Positions 11,975 to 24,294 of a stretch of DNA of 64,000 nucleotides are shown here, one piece after another (the first letter of the stretch is position 1; every line of letters begins with the position of its first letter). Source of the DNA: Octopus sinensis (lineage: Eukaryota); contig NC_043008.1 of the NCBI RefSeq assembly GCF_006345805.1, positions 64,294,001 to 64,358,000 on the forward strand. The letters run 5' to 3'. The translations under genes were made by a program, and so were the position numbers. The notes beneath the pieces were generated by a model, which did no database searches, had not been told where the DNA came from, and was given only the letters and a program-made list of their open reading frames with translations.

Positions 11975-12038
11975 TTATCTTTTCTATTATATATATATAT
12001 ATTATATATATATATATGGGTGTGTATGTATAATGTAA

Positions 12039-12111
12039 ATAGACACAGCTCAGATGGTAGAGTGCTCGCTTAGCATGCGAGAGGTACCGGGATCGATGTC
12101 CGGATTCTCCA
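12039..12111 (+). tRNA. tRNA-Ala(AGC) pseudogene (5' acceptor strand degenerate)
   Basis: D arm GCTC-AGATGGTA-GAGT, anticodon arm CTCGC-TTAGCAT-GCGAG (AGC at 12072-12074), T arm CCGGG-ATCGATG-TCCGG, 3' ATTCTCCA then oligo-T. The 5' strand ATAGACA pairs at only 3 of 7 positions. Confidence 0.85.
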
Positions 12112-12315
12112 GTACGTTTTTTTTTTTATCGAAAACCTACGCCACTTTTTTTGTTTCTTTTGTTTATTGTTTTTTTTGTTTTTTTTTCATCCCACAAAAG
12201 AAAAGCTCTACCTTTTAATTTGTCCCATCTGTGTGCAGCCCTGTGTGGCCAATAAAGAAACTTATCTATCTATCTATCCATCTGTCAATCTATCTATCTA
12301 TCTATCTATCTAACT

Positions 12316-12356
<41 letters not shown>

Positions 12357-12357
<1 letters not shown>

Positions 12358-12741
12358 GTCGGTGGCACATAAGAAAAACACCGAAAACACCATATCCGAG
12401 CGTGGCCGTCTGCCAGCCTCGTCTGGCACCTGTGTCGGTGGCACATAAAAAACACCATCCGAGCGTGGCCGTCTGCCAGCCTCGTCTGGCACCTGTGTCG
12501 GTGGCACATAAAAAACACCATCCGAGCGTGGCCGTCTGCCAGCCTCGTCTGGCACCTGTGTCGGTGGCACATAAAATCACCCACTACACTCTCGGAGTGG
12601 TTGGCATTAGGAAGGGCATCCAGCTGTAGAAACACTGCCAGATCTGACTGGCCTGGTGTAGCCTTCGGGCTTGCCAGACCCCAGTTGAACCGTCTAACCC
12701 ATGCTAGCATGGAAAGCGGACGTTGAACGATGATGATGATG

Positions 12742-12742
<1 letters not shown>
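12357..12742 (+). mobile_element. RTE LINE 3' UTR fragment with about 63-bp tandem units
   Basis: Three units CATCCGAGCGTGGCCGTCTGCCAGCCTCGTCTGGCACCTGTGTCGGTGGCACATAAAAAACAC followed by the shared terminal segment. Confidence 0.85.
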
Positions 12743-12776
<34 letters not shown>

Positions 12777-12954
12777 TACACACACACACACAAACATATG
12801 AAGTAACAAGCTGAGGAAAAGAAATCTTTCAAAGAGGTGTGTTAAACATCCAATTCACTGGTAATATTTATTATTGTGTCTGGGGAGAGTCATTCTCTGT
12901 TAGTGCCTTGTTACTCATATTTATATTTATATATATCTATATATATATATATAT

Positions 12955-13027
<73 letters not shown>

Positions 13028-14084
13028 CAGATATAGATATATATATACATACACATATATATGTTTATATATATGTATGTATATGTGTGTGTGTGTGTGT
13101 GTGTATGTGTGTGTATGCGTATGTCTGTCTGACTGTCTGTTTAGGAATTTGTTACAAGATTCCTGATGTGAAATTGTGTGTAGAAACAGATATTGTTATA
13201 TTTTGGGATGATCAAAAAATTTTTTTTATTCCTGTGTTTATTTAGCAAAAAAACGGAATTACCATCCTGAAATACAATATATGTGTGTGTGTGTGTGTGT
13301 GGTGTGTGTGTGTGTGTGTGTGTACCGGATTCTTGGCTGCTTTTCAACCTAGGATGTACTTTCATATGATTTATTACACTACCATAAAATTCTACCTCAC
13401 AGATTCCTCACCTTCTCACTGATATCCCCTGTAGCTGCTCAAATTTTAATCTGGCTTTAACCCACTCCTCATTCTCTGCCAACAACACCCCCTCACTTAA
13501 TTATATACTGACCCGTTGCCATTTATTCTCACACCATCTTTCTAGTTTGCAACTGTTTCCATTCCACATGCATTTCTCTTTTGTAGGTATTTAAGCTGTA
13601 TTATTGCCCTTTACATCATAGTTAGAATAAGCCAGAATCAGAAAATCTGGAGTTGCTGTCAAGGCATTTATTTACTACTAAGTTAATGGGCTATCATGTA
13701 TGTATGTATGTATGTATGTATGTATGTATGTATGTATGTATGTATATATATATGTGTGTGTGTGTGTATGTATGTGTGCGTGCATGTGTATGTATGTATA
13801 TATGCATGTGTGTGTGTGCATGTATATGTATTTATAATAAATGTACAAATATATACATATATAAATATGTATATATATATATATATATATACACACACAA
13901 TATGTGTGTGTGTAGATAGAAAGATAGTCAGATAAGTTGTTTCAAATAAAAGGTGACTGACGGCAATTTTTGAGTTTCCATTTAGTGGCCAACCAAGTAA
14001 GGCCTTGTTATTGGATTTGGTAGATGGAAACTGAAAGAACCCCTTCGTATATACATATAATATATATATATATATATTATATAT

Positions 14085-14117
<33 letters not shown>

Positions 14118-14128
14118 GCATATGTATA

Positions 14129-14393
14129 CAAATAAATGAAAGAATGGAGTTGAACGATGAATTAACAAAATTCCTTTATTTTATTTTCGACATATGCTTC
14201 GAAGGCTGCATATTCCTAATTTCAAAGGCATTATGCCGCCTTCTCATCAGGAAAAGTCCCACACAAATTTCCACACGATAGCACGTGATCTCTACCCTAG
14301 GCATGTAGCTTCAACCGTGTTTTTCTGACGTGAATTTGCTACCCAGGTATCGGTTAACCGAATTATCCATAATAAGATAATTCATTCAACTAC
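14129..14393 (-). mobile_element. Penelope-pLTR-like repeat carrying a hammerhead ribozyme motif
   Basis: Second copy of the 7331 repeat. Minus strand has the HHR motif followed by AATAAA and the 3' segment seen folded back at 7477-7544. Confidence 0.65.
14184..14255 (-). ncRNA. Type I hammerhead ribozyme motif (long stem II, A15.1->G variant)
   Basis: Minus strand: TTTTC-CTGATGA-GAAGGCGGCATA[loop]TATGCAGCCTTC-GAAG-C-ATAT-G-TC-GAAAA; 5-bp stem I, 11 of 12 bp in proximal stem II, GUC triplet. Confidence 0.65.
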
Positions 14394-14439
14394 TATATGC
14401 ATATGTATATATATATATATACATGTATGTATGACTTTA

Positions 14440-14870
14440 TGTATATATATGTGTGTGTATTTCTGTGTTTGTGTCTGCATTTGTACCCCACCCACCCCAT
14501 CACTTGACAACCAATGCTGGTGTGCTTATGTCCCAGTAACTTAGCAGTTTGGCAAAAGTGACTGATAGAATAAGTACTAGGCTCACAAAGAGTAAGTCCT
14601 GAGGTCTATTTGTTCAACTAAAATCCCCGAAGGTGCTCCAGCATGGCCACAGTCAAATGACCGAAGCAAATAAAAGAATAAAAGAATATATATATAGGCA
14701 CATGAGTGGCTGTGTGGTAAGAAGCTTGCTTACCAACCACTTCGTTCCAGGTTCAGTCGCACTGCATGGCACCTTTGGCAAGTGTCTTCTACTATAACCT
14801 CAGGCCGATCAAAGCATTGTGAATGGGTTTAGTAGACAGAAACTGAAAGAAGTGCATTGGATGTGTATGC

Positions 14871-14924
<54 letters not shown>

Positions 14925-15378
14925 ATATATGAGTTTGATTTTGGGGCCCCACCATTGCTTGATAACCAATGCTAGTGTGTTTACACCCCCGTAACTTAGT
15001 GGCAAAACAGATCGATAGAATAAGTACTGGGCTTACTATGAACAAGTCCTGGGGTCAATTTCTTTGACTAAATGCAGTGCTCCAACATGGCCACATTCAA
15101 ATGATTGAAACAAGTAAAAGAATATAAAGCAATAAGGATTGGCTTATTGTGTGCTGTGCGATTAGCTCAATGATCTTGCCCTTTCAGATGATGCACAAGG
15201 CCACATGAATGCTGATTGTGTGGTAAGTAGCTTGCTTACCAACCACATGGTTCCAGGTTCAGTCGCACTGTGTGGCACCTTGGGCAAGTGTCTTCTACTA
15301 TAGCCTCAGGCCGACCAAAGACTTGTGAGTGGATTTGGTAGACAGAAACTGAATGAAGCCAATCGTATATATATATAC

Positions 15379-15414
<36 letters not shown>

Positions 15415-15625
15415 ATGTTTGTATGTTTGTGTTTGTCCCCGCAACATTGCTTGACAACCTATGCTGGTGTGCTTATGTCACCGTAACTTGGCGGTTCGGC
15501 AAAAATTGACTGATAGAGCAAGTACGAGGCTTACAAAGAATACATCCTGGGGTTGACTTGCTCGACTAAAGGTGGTGCTCCAGCATGGCCACAGTCAGAT
15601 GACTGAAACAAGTAAACAAGTAAAG
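14440..15625 (+). mobile_element. Three head-to-tail SINE family A copies (3' half 14440-14685; 14696-15125; 15205-15625)
   Basis: Repeated head GTGGCTGTGTGGTAAG and tail GCATGGCCACAGTCAAATGA. Confidence 0.85.
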
Positions 15626-15679
15626 GAGTAATTCAAAAATTTAATACTAAAGCTATTTAAACATTTTAGAGGCCTTCAT

Positions 15680-15903
15680 CTTTTTGCATTCAGATTACTC
15701 TGCAAAATATCATGCTTATTTATTTACATTATTTTGCATTTATCATGTATTATCTCATAGATTCATGATTTTCATTGTGTGATTACCTATCTTTAGAATG
15801 ACATTGTAGTGAAATTATCAGAGGCCAGTTCTGGTCAGTTTGAACATCATACAGGTAGAATATCTGGGCCAGATACGGCTCATTTATATACTAAAAGGCT
15901 AAT
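15680..15903. mobile_element. Decayed piggyBac-like MITE (tentative)
   Basis: Ends resemble (CC)TTTT-GCATTCAG ... ACTAAAAGGCTAA, a degenerate form of the TTAA-CCCTTT...AAAGGG-TTAA termini seen at 39371-39595. Confidence 0.35.
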
Positions 15904-16229
15904 AAAGTATTTATAACTGAATTAGTTTCTACTTTATGACTGATTCCTTTTATATCCTTGTTTAGTATGGCACTGAACAGACATAGCTAGCAAGTCACAG
16001 CTAGAAAAGTCTGGCCACTTTGCTAGATTTGATTACTTTTACTCAAAGGGATGAAAGAAGTCTTCAATAAAACTATATATTCTCCAGGAATAATGTGATA
16101 TTTACCATATTTGTGTCACATACAGAATAAATCTTTTTTCGAATTCTATTTCATTGTTATTTCATACATCATATCATAACTAAAAAAAATCCTTTAAGAC
16201 ATTTAAATAACTATTTGAACCTAGACATA

Positions 16230-17521
16230 CGAGGGGCGTTCAATAAGTAATGCCCCTGACCCACTTCCCATAGCAGTAGAGCAACGAAACTTGGCACAGT
16301 TGTTAGTCTTTTTCTACATAAGAACCACCCAGAGTTACGCATTTCTCCCATCGTTTGATGCAGCTCTGAAGACCGTTTTTGTAGAAGACCCGACCCTGGT
16401 CCTCCAGCCACGACGTGACTTCAGAAATCAAGCCTGCATCATCTGGGAAACGCTTTCCTTTCAAAAACAACTTCATGGCTGGGAAGAGGTGAAAATCAGA
16501 GGGTGTAAGGTCAGGAGAGTAGGGGGGATGGGGAGGAGTTCATAGCCGCACGCCTGTGCTTCTGATCTGGTAACACGCGAGTTGTGGACCGGAGCATTGT
16601 CCTGCAGGAGGCGGATGCCTTTGCTGATCTTGCCCCGCCTCTTGATTTTGATAGCTTCTCTTAATTTCCTCAAAAGTGAAGCATAATAGGCTCCTGTAAT
16701 TGTGGTACCCATTGCCAGGAAATATGTCATCACTACTCCGTCCTGGTCCCAGAAGACTGTGAGCATGACCTTGCCAGTGGAGGGCTACACCCTTGCCTTC
16801 TTTGGAGGAGGTGAGTCATGGTACTTCCACTGCATTGACTGGGCTTTGGTCTCTGGATCATAGTGATGGACCCAGGTTTCATCCTGTGTAATCAGTCTTT
16901 TGAAAACTTTTGACTCATCTTCTTGCCACATCTCCAAATTCATCCTCGAGCACTCGATGCGTTCTTGCTTCTGGAAAGGTGTGAGCAACCTGGGAATCCA
17001 TCTGGCAGACACCTTTTTAATATGCAAATGGTCATGAATGATAGTTTCCACAGACCTGGTACTAATCTTGACCTCATGGGCTATTTGGCGAATAGTTATG
17101 CGTCGATCTTCCAAAATGGCAGCCTCAACTTGATGGACAGATGCCTCATCAATGGCAGAAGTGCGGCGACCAGATCTGGGAGCTGTTTCCACAGAGTTCC
17201 GACCATATTTGAATTCACGATGCCAGCGTTTTACAAGGTCATATGATGGGGCATCATCACCATAAGTTACTTTCATTTCATCAAAAGTCTCCAGTGGTGT
17301 GCATCCTTTCAAATACAAAAACCGGATCACTGCTCGACACTCAACAGGCTCCATTTCACACTTGACTCAGTTCAAACACCTGTAAATCAGAAATCACAAT
17401 TAGTTCAGAGCTGTAATTTGCCACTTAATCTATAGAGATATAAATAATTTCATATGCAAAATTTCAGCTAGATCAAACAACTGCAAGTGGGTCAGGGGCA
17501 TTACTTATTGAACGTCCCTCG
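16230..17521 (-). mobile_element. Full-length mariner transposon (irritans/Bytmar-like), 1292 bp
   Basis: 36-bp TIRs CGAGGG(G/A)CGTTCAATAAGTAATGCCCCTGACCCACT with one mismatch; TA on both sides (16228-16229, 17522-17523). Confidence 0.97.
16303..17354 (-). pseudogene. Mariner transposase, reconstructs to 350 aa with one nonsense codon and one 1-bp deletion
   Basis: MEPVECRAVIRFL...WIPRLLT...TQDETW...KARV*PSTGKVMLTVFWD...LLQDNAPVH...(HPPY)SPDLTPSDFHLF; D,D34D spacing after restoring one C near 16535; TAG at 16785-16787 is in frame. Confidence 0.95.
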
Positions 17522-17777
17522 TATGCATGTAATTTAGAATTGTTCTAGACTGGCATGTGTATGTACTGAATTTGTATAGAGTTGAGTGCATGCATGTGAG
17601 CGAGTGTGTGTGTTTGAGTGTGTGTGTGCCGCATTTGTGTCTGTGTTTGTGTGTGTGTTTCTGCATATGTAGCATTTATTAATGAACTAATCCCTGACAG
17701 TAGCATAGTTATTTTAAAATATAGAGGCAAATTCTCAAAGGTAAGAATAAACAGACATGCTTGTGTGTGCATGTTTG

Positions 17778-17847
<70 letters not shown>

Positions 17848-18944
17848 TGTGTGTGTGTCTGTGTGTGTACGTGTGTGGGTGTGTATGTAATATAATATAT
17901 AATTTAATATATATAGAGGTTGACTTTTGCCTTTCATCCTTGTGTACTGGGGTCAATCTAATCAATGGCCCCTACCCACTAAAATTTTCAGACCTTGTGG
18001 GGCCTAGAGTAGAAAAGAATATATATGTGTGTGTGTGTGTGTGTGGTGTGTGTGTGTGTGTGTGTGTGTGTATGTATATATATATATATATTAATACTTT
18101 GCATATACCACGTCCTCACGTTATTGTTTTTTTACCATTTCTTTTTTCTCCGTATTTTGATTAACTATATATACATATATATATGCCTGTGTGTGCGCAT
18201 GCGTGTGTGCATGCATGTGTGTGTGCCTATGTTTGTGTTCACATAGATATATGCATATGTTTATACAAACTCACACACTTATGGGCACACACACACACAC
18301 ACACAAGTATCTAGATAAGATAAATATAGAGACATATGTTCACACAAATACATTACAATAACACAAAAAATTAAAACACACACACACATGCACGCACACG
18401 CTCACACATACACACACACATGCAAGAAACATACTTGCCACATTAAATGCACTGGAGTATTTTTGCTTCATTAGTAATGTGACGCTGTCCTTTATCTTCA
18501 GCAACAAATGCTTATCAAATATATGAGAGATGTAAAAGAACATTAATTAGTACCAGTTTGGAAGCAGTAAATTTTCTGCCATGCACGCACATAAATACAT
18601 TTACACACAAGCATGTATACACACAGATCAGATGCATAGACAAACGTACACATTCACGCATACATAGGTTTACATGCGCATGCCTACAAATACAAATATA
18701 CATGGGCATACACAGAGTCTATTCTTTGACTGCTCCTGATTCACATGTCATTATATATACAAGTTTATACACACATGTACAGAATAGACATATACAAACC
18801 AATTGTACACACATGCACATATAAATACTTAAACACACGTACATTTATAAATAAATGCATAGGTATGGGACATGAATATATGGGTATCTAGACATATGTG
18901 TGGGTGTGTCTCTGTGTGTGTGTATATATTCATATATATATATA

Positions 18945-19770
18945 TACTCTCTTTTACTCGTTTCAGTCATTTGACTGAGGTCATACTGGAGTACCACCTT
19001 CAGTCGAGCAAATCAACTGCAGGACTTATTCTTTGTAAGCCTAGTACTTATTCTATCGGTCTCTTTTACTGAACCGCTAAGTTACAGAGATGTAAACACA
19101 CCAGCATCAGTTGTCAAGCAATGTTGCGGGGGACAAACACTGACACACAAACACATACACACACACACATATATATATATATATACAACAGGCTTTTTTT
19201 GGTTTCCGTCTACCAAATCCACTCACAAGACTTTGGTCGGCCGAGGCTATAGTAGAAGACACTTGCCCAATGTGCCATGCAGTGGGACTGAACCCAGAAC
19301 CATGTGGTTGGTAAGCAAGCTATTTACCACACAGCCACTCCTGAACATATATATGTATGTGTGTATATATAGGTGCAGGAGTGGCTGTGTGGTAAGTAGC
19401 TTGTTTATCAAAAACATGGTTCCAGGTTCAGTCCCACTGCGTGGCACCTTGGGAAAGTGTCTTCTACTATGGCCTCGGGCCGACCAAAGCCTTGTGAGTG
19501 GATTTGGTAGATGGAAACTGAAAGAAGCCCGTCGTATATATGTGTATATATATATATATATATGCGTGTGTGTCTGTGTTTGTCCCCATAGCATTACTTG
19601 ACAACTGATGCTGGTGTGTTTATGTCCCCGTTACTTAGCGGTTCGGCAAAAGAGACCGATAGAATAAGCACTGGGTTTACAAAAGAATAAGTTGCGGGAT
19701 CGAGTTGCTCGATTAAAGGCGGTGCTCCAGCATGGCCACAGTCAAATGACTGAAACAAGTAAAAGAGAAA
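18945..19770. mobile_element. Head-to-head inverted pair of SINE family A copies (18945-19345 minus; 19373-19770 plus)
   Basis: Two full-length copies in opposite orientation separated by about 30 bp. Confidence 0.9.
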
Positions 19771-20169
19771 TAAAAGAGAAATATACATATAAATATATAT
19801 ATATTTATATGTATGTATATATATTTATTAATTTATATATATATACAATGCCTTATATATCTGTGTGTGTGTGTATGTACATGTGCATATATATATATAT
19901 ATGCTTGTATGCATGCATTGATACGTGTGTGCATGTGTGTGTGTGTTTGTTTGTTTGCTTCTCCTTGTCTTGACATTTACAAACTGATTGTAAACAACAT
20001 CACTTTTTGTAAAATAACTGTGTTATTTGTTTTGCAGTTTTAATGAAAACATGTTCAGCAATTGTCTTGTTCATATTCGGAGATCTAGAGGAAATATTAT
20101 TTGCTTGGAAGAGAGGAGGGCTGAGAACAGGAAGATCATCCAGCAATAGAAAATCATACAGCATATTTT

Positions 20170-20375
20170 CTGGCGCATGGCTCAGTGGTTAGAGCATCAA
20201 GCTCACAAGCATGAGGTGGTGAGTTCAATTCCCAAACTGGGCTGTGGGTTGTGTTCTTGAGCAGGACACTTTATTTTATATTGCTCCAGTTCATTCAGCT
20301 GTAGAAATGAGTTGCAACATCACTGGTGCCAAGCTGTGTCTGTGTTTGTCTTTCCTTTGGATAACATCGGTAGCA
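20170..20375 (+). mobile_element. tRNA-derived SINE, head type D (3' truncated)
   Basis: GGCGCATGGCTCAGTGGTTAGAG...GAGTTCAATTCCC, GTGTTCTTGAGCAGGACAC, body shared with 32400-32710. Confidence 0.75.
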
Positions 20376-20376
20376 T

Positions 20377-20490
20377 GTGTTTCTCCTTACCAAAAGCATA
20401 GCATCAGAGGTGCTTCTTCCTGGCACAAGGCCAAACTGCATCTCATCTAGACTAACTCTACTCTTAATTAGTTGTGCTATGACCCTCTCT
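20377..20490 (-). pseudogene. Short RTE-type reverse transcriptase fragment
   Basis: Minus translation IERVIAQLIKSRVSLDEMQFGLVPGRSTSDAMLLVR, matching the RT QxGFxxGRSTxDAIF motif. Confidence 0.8.
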
Positions 20491-20498
20491 ATATATAT

Positions 20499-20910
20499 TA
20501 GGTGCAGGAGTGGCTGTGTGGTAATAGCTTGTTTATCAACCACATGGTTCCAGGTTCAGTCCCACTGCATGGCACCTTGGGCAAGTGTCTTCTACTATAG
20601 CCTCAGGCTGACCAAAGCCTTGTGAGTGGATTTGGTAGACGGAAACTGAAAGAAGCCCGTCGTATATATGTATATATATATATATGCAAGTGTGTGTTTG
20701 TGTATTTGTGTTTGTCCCCCTAGCATTGCTTGACAACCGATGCTGGTTTGTTTATGTCCCCATTACTTAGTCGTTCGGCAAAATAGACCGATAGAATAAG
20801 TACTAGGCTTACAAAAGAATAAGTCCTGGGGTCGAGTTGCTCGATTAAAGGCGGTGCTCCAGCATGGCCACAGTCAAATGACTGAAACAAGTAAAAGAGT
20901 AAAAGAGTAT
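20499..20910 (+). mobile_element. SINE family A, full length
   Basis: GGTGCAGGAGTGGCTGTGTGGT head through GTAAAAGAGTAAAAGAG tail. Confidence 0.9.
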
Positions 20911-20922
20911 ATATATATACAG

Positions 20923-20957
<35 letters not shown>

Positions 20958-21550
20958 TTTCATACATACATAAATAGATGGATAGAGAGATAGATAGACA
21001 GACAGATATATAGATATATATATGATGCCCATTGTATATCTATGTGTGTGTTTTCATGTCTGTGTTGCTCACCACTACCTGACAACTGCGGTTTGTATGT
21101 TTACATCCTACATCTTAGAATTCGTCAAGAGACCGATAGAATAAATAGCAGGTTTACAATAAATAAGTAGTGTGGACGATTCATTAAACTAAACGTCTTG
21201 AAGGCAGTGCCACAGCATGGCCACAGTCTAGTGACTCTAACAAACAAAAGATTTCAAGATAAATGATTATGTATGTATGTTGAGGAATAAGAGAAAATGG
21301 AGTGAATGACATTGTTTATTTCAATTCAGGACAATTGTTTTTACACATCATTACACCTGTAGTACATTGGTGTAATTGCTATCATCTGTTAAAGATGTAA
21401 AATGTTGCTTCTTGAGGTGATTATTTGGAGTAAGTACTTTGTTAGAGCGTTGTGTCATTTCAATTTGTTTGAGAATGAATACCAAAACCAGAGTGCTATT
21501 TTCAGCAAGTTGCAGACAAAACATAAATATATACATACATACACACACAC

Positions 21551-21593
<43 letters not shown>

Positions 21594-21639
21594 CACACAC
21601 ACATACACGCATATAAATAGATATATATACACATATACA

Positions 21640-21906
21640 CAGGTGCATAGCTAGGGTGACACAAGCAGGGAACATGCCCTGGGTGCTACTTTGATGTGGG
21701 CACAATTATGGCCAAGATCATTTTCTAATTGAACCATTAGAAAAAATTTAAAAACGTTTTCAAGCATCATGGTTATCGCCATCCATGTCACTAGACAGAG
21801 TAGGTGTTCTTACTTAACCTCACAAAATGCATGGACTGCTTTTTGGTTGGTGGGGGCACAATTTTGATGTTTGTTCTAAGTGACATTTACTCTAGCTACA
21901 TGCCTG
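21640..21906. mobile_element. hAT-like MITE
   Basis: Imperfect TIR CAGGTGCATAGCTAGGG / CTCTAGCTACATGCCTG; 8-bp flanks CATATACA / CATATATA (7 of 8 match). Confidence 0.65.
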
Positions 21907-21924
21907 CATATATATATATATATA

Positions 21925-22220
21925 TATCACGTGATCACGTGACCGACCAGACTATCAGATGTTGTTACACATCGCTGGTCACAATGCGTTCGCATTGTTT
22001 TAGCCTTCGAATGACATCACCCCACTGGCTGAGCGAGCAGGCCAACAGAAGAAAGAGTGGGAGAAAGAGTGGTGAAAGAGTACAGCAGGGATCACCACCC
22101 CGTGGAGATTTTTTAGGTGTTTTTGCTCAATAAACACTCACAACGCCTGGTCTGGGAATCGAAACTGCGATCCTACAACCACAAGTCCGCGGCCCTAACC
22201 ACTGGGTCATTGCGCCTCCA
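21925..22220 (-). mobile_element. tRNA-derived SINE, head type C
   Basis: Minus head GTGGAGGCGCAATGACCCAGTGGTTAGGG...GTTTCGATTCCC; body shared with 33080-33268 and 42737-42950. Confidence 0.8.
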
Positions 22221-22975
22221 CACACACATATATATATACAATAGGGTATCAGAATGTGCACATATACATCTATATGTGCATATATTTATACATATATATA
22301 TTTCTTTCTTTCCTTTCTTTCTTCTTTCCTCACTCATTCCTTTTGACCATTCTCCTCATTTTAACATACACAGTTTTTCTCTCGTTTCTATCTACTTAAG
22401 ACTGCCACTACATTCTCAAAATTTCATTCACACAAGAATCCTTTGAATGAGCAGCACATGGAATCCACTTTTCGACACTTACCATTTGTAATGACAAAAT
22501 ATGAACTCTTATTGGAATTTACATACCACAGACAAGTAGCATTTCTACCACTTCTACACACCACTTTCCTTGGATAATGGAACTGGAATTATAACATCCT
22601 ACATATATCTATATTTTTTCTGTAGAATAGTGAAAAGTGACACATGAGTTTTTATGTATAAGGAAAATAAGATAAGGTAGAAATGCTAATATAATTTTAT
22701 CATGAAATACATTTTGTAATGGTATTTGTCTTTCAACTTTTTCAACAAAGCGTAAGAGAAAGATGGATACTAATCAAGAAGGAAAACAATTAAATGAAAT
22801 GTTTTGTAAATATTTTCATAGTCTTTTTCCTTTTCCATGTGTATTTTACCTTTTTTCTGTGTGTCTCTCACTTTTTTTTTTTGTGAGGGTTCGTAAGGTA
22901 GGTAGGTAGCAGCAGATCTGAAAAATTATCTTTATGGGTGCAAAGATATATTTGGTTCCGAAGTTTAATGGTTTA

Positions 22976-23066
22976 AGCAGCAGCAGCAGCCGAAGAAGAA
23001 GAAGAAGAAGAAGAAGAAGAAGAAGAAGAAGAAGAAGAAGAAGAAGAAGAAGAAGAAGAAGAAGAT
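22976..23066 (+). repeat. (CAG)n(GAA)n trinucleotide microsatellite
   Basis: Direct reading. Confidence 0.95.
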
Positions 23067-23286
23067 GGTTGTTCATTAATGGTGCATAGGTTGATGTGTT
23101 CACTTAATGCTATTTTTCTGTGTTTCTATATATGGTTATCCTCTGGCATAGACTGGTTTTAAGTTTACCAGTGTATTGCTCTCGACACTCTGAGCAAGTT
23201 AGCACAAATATCAGGTTTTTCTAAGCACATGTGAAGTTTTTCACTGTCAACTGTTGACCCTATTTGAAGGAGAACGCCATGAAAAA

Positions 23287-23585
23287 TAACTTCACTTGTG
23301 CTTCGAAAAACTTGATATAGGTGTTAACTTGCACAGGGTGTCGAGACCAATACATTGATCAAACTAAAAGCAGTTTATGCCAAAGAATGACTACACAGAT
23401 CCCAGATTAAAATACAAGAATACAGAAAAATAGCCTTAAGTGAACACATCACCATTTGCACTACTAATGAACAACCTAACTTTAAAATTTTTCCCCTCCA
23501 TAAATTTAGGGATAATGCAAACTATAATCAGTTCATTAGCAAAGTATCATATCGCAAAATATAAACCTCTTTTGAATGCTTCCAA
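23287..23585 (+). pseudogene. Penelope-like element GIY-YIG endonuclease fragment
   Basis: NFTCASKNLI*VLTCTGCRDQYIDQTKSSLCQRM then frameshift HRSQIKIQEYRKIALSEHITIC...FKIFP...KYKPLLN: the FxC..NxIY..xC.xC..YIGQT..L..R..H..H..C pattern of PLE endonucleases. Confidence 0.85.
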
Positions 23586-24022
23586 CACAGAGGATACTAC
23601 TACAGATTAAAAACGATAGATATATTTAGAACAGTTGCTACCCATGAATTAATTTAGAACAGCACATACTGCTACAGCTAATTCAACCACAACAGATCAA
23701 CATGAAGCCACTTGACTGTTAAAGCAGATTCCACAAGCTGACTTTACTACTATATAATACCATACCCATCATTTTCCTCCTCCTCCTCCTCTTCATCTTC
23801 TTAATTAATGTCCACCTTTGTTTTACTCTTGGTTGAAAAAGTTGAAAAGAAAGAAGCCATTACTAACCATTACAAAATGTATTTCATGATAAAGTTATTA
23901 GCATTTACTACCTTATCTTAGTGTGTGTGTGTATGTATTTAATTTATGTATGTATATAGGCATATATATATACACACACATATATATAAATACATATAAG
24001 TGTATATATATATATATTATGC

Positions 24023-24064
<42 letters not shown>

Positions 24065-24217
24065 TATTACTCTCACCCCAGCAAGAGGAATATTAGAAGT
24101 GTCATTGAAAGTGAGAGAAGGGGTCAAAGTGTGACACTGGCACACAGAAATTCATTTTGGCATTTATTATTATAGATATACATATATACATATATATGTG
24201 CATGCATACATATATAC

Positions 24218-24250
<33 letters not shown>

Positions 24251-24251
24251 G

Positions 24252-24294
<43 letters not shown>

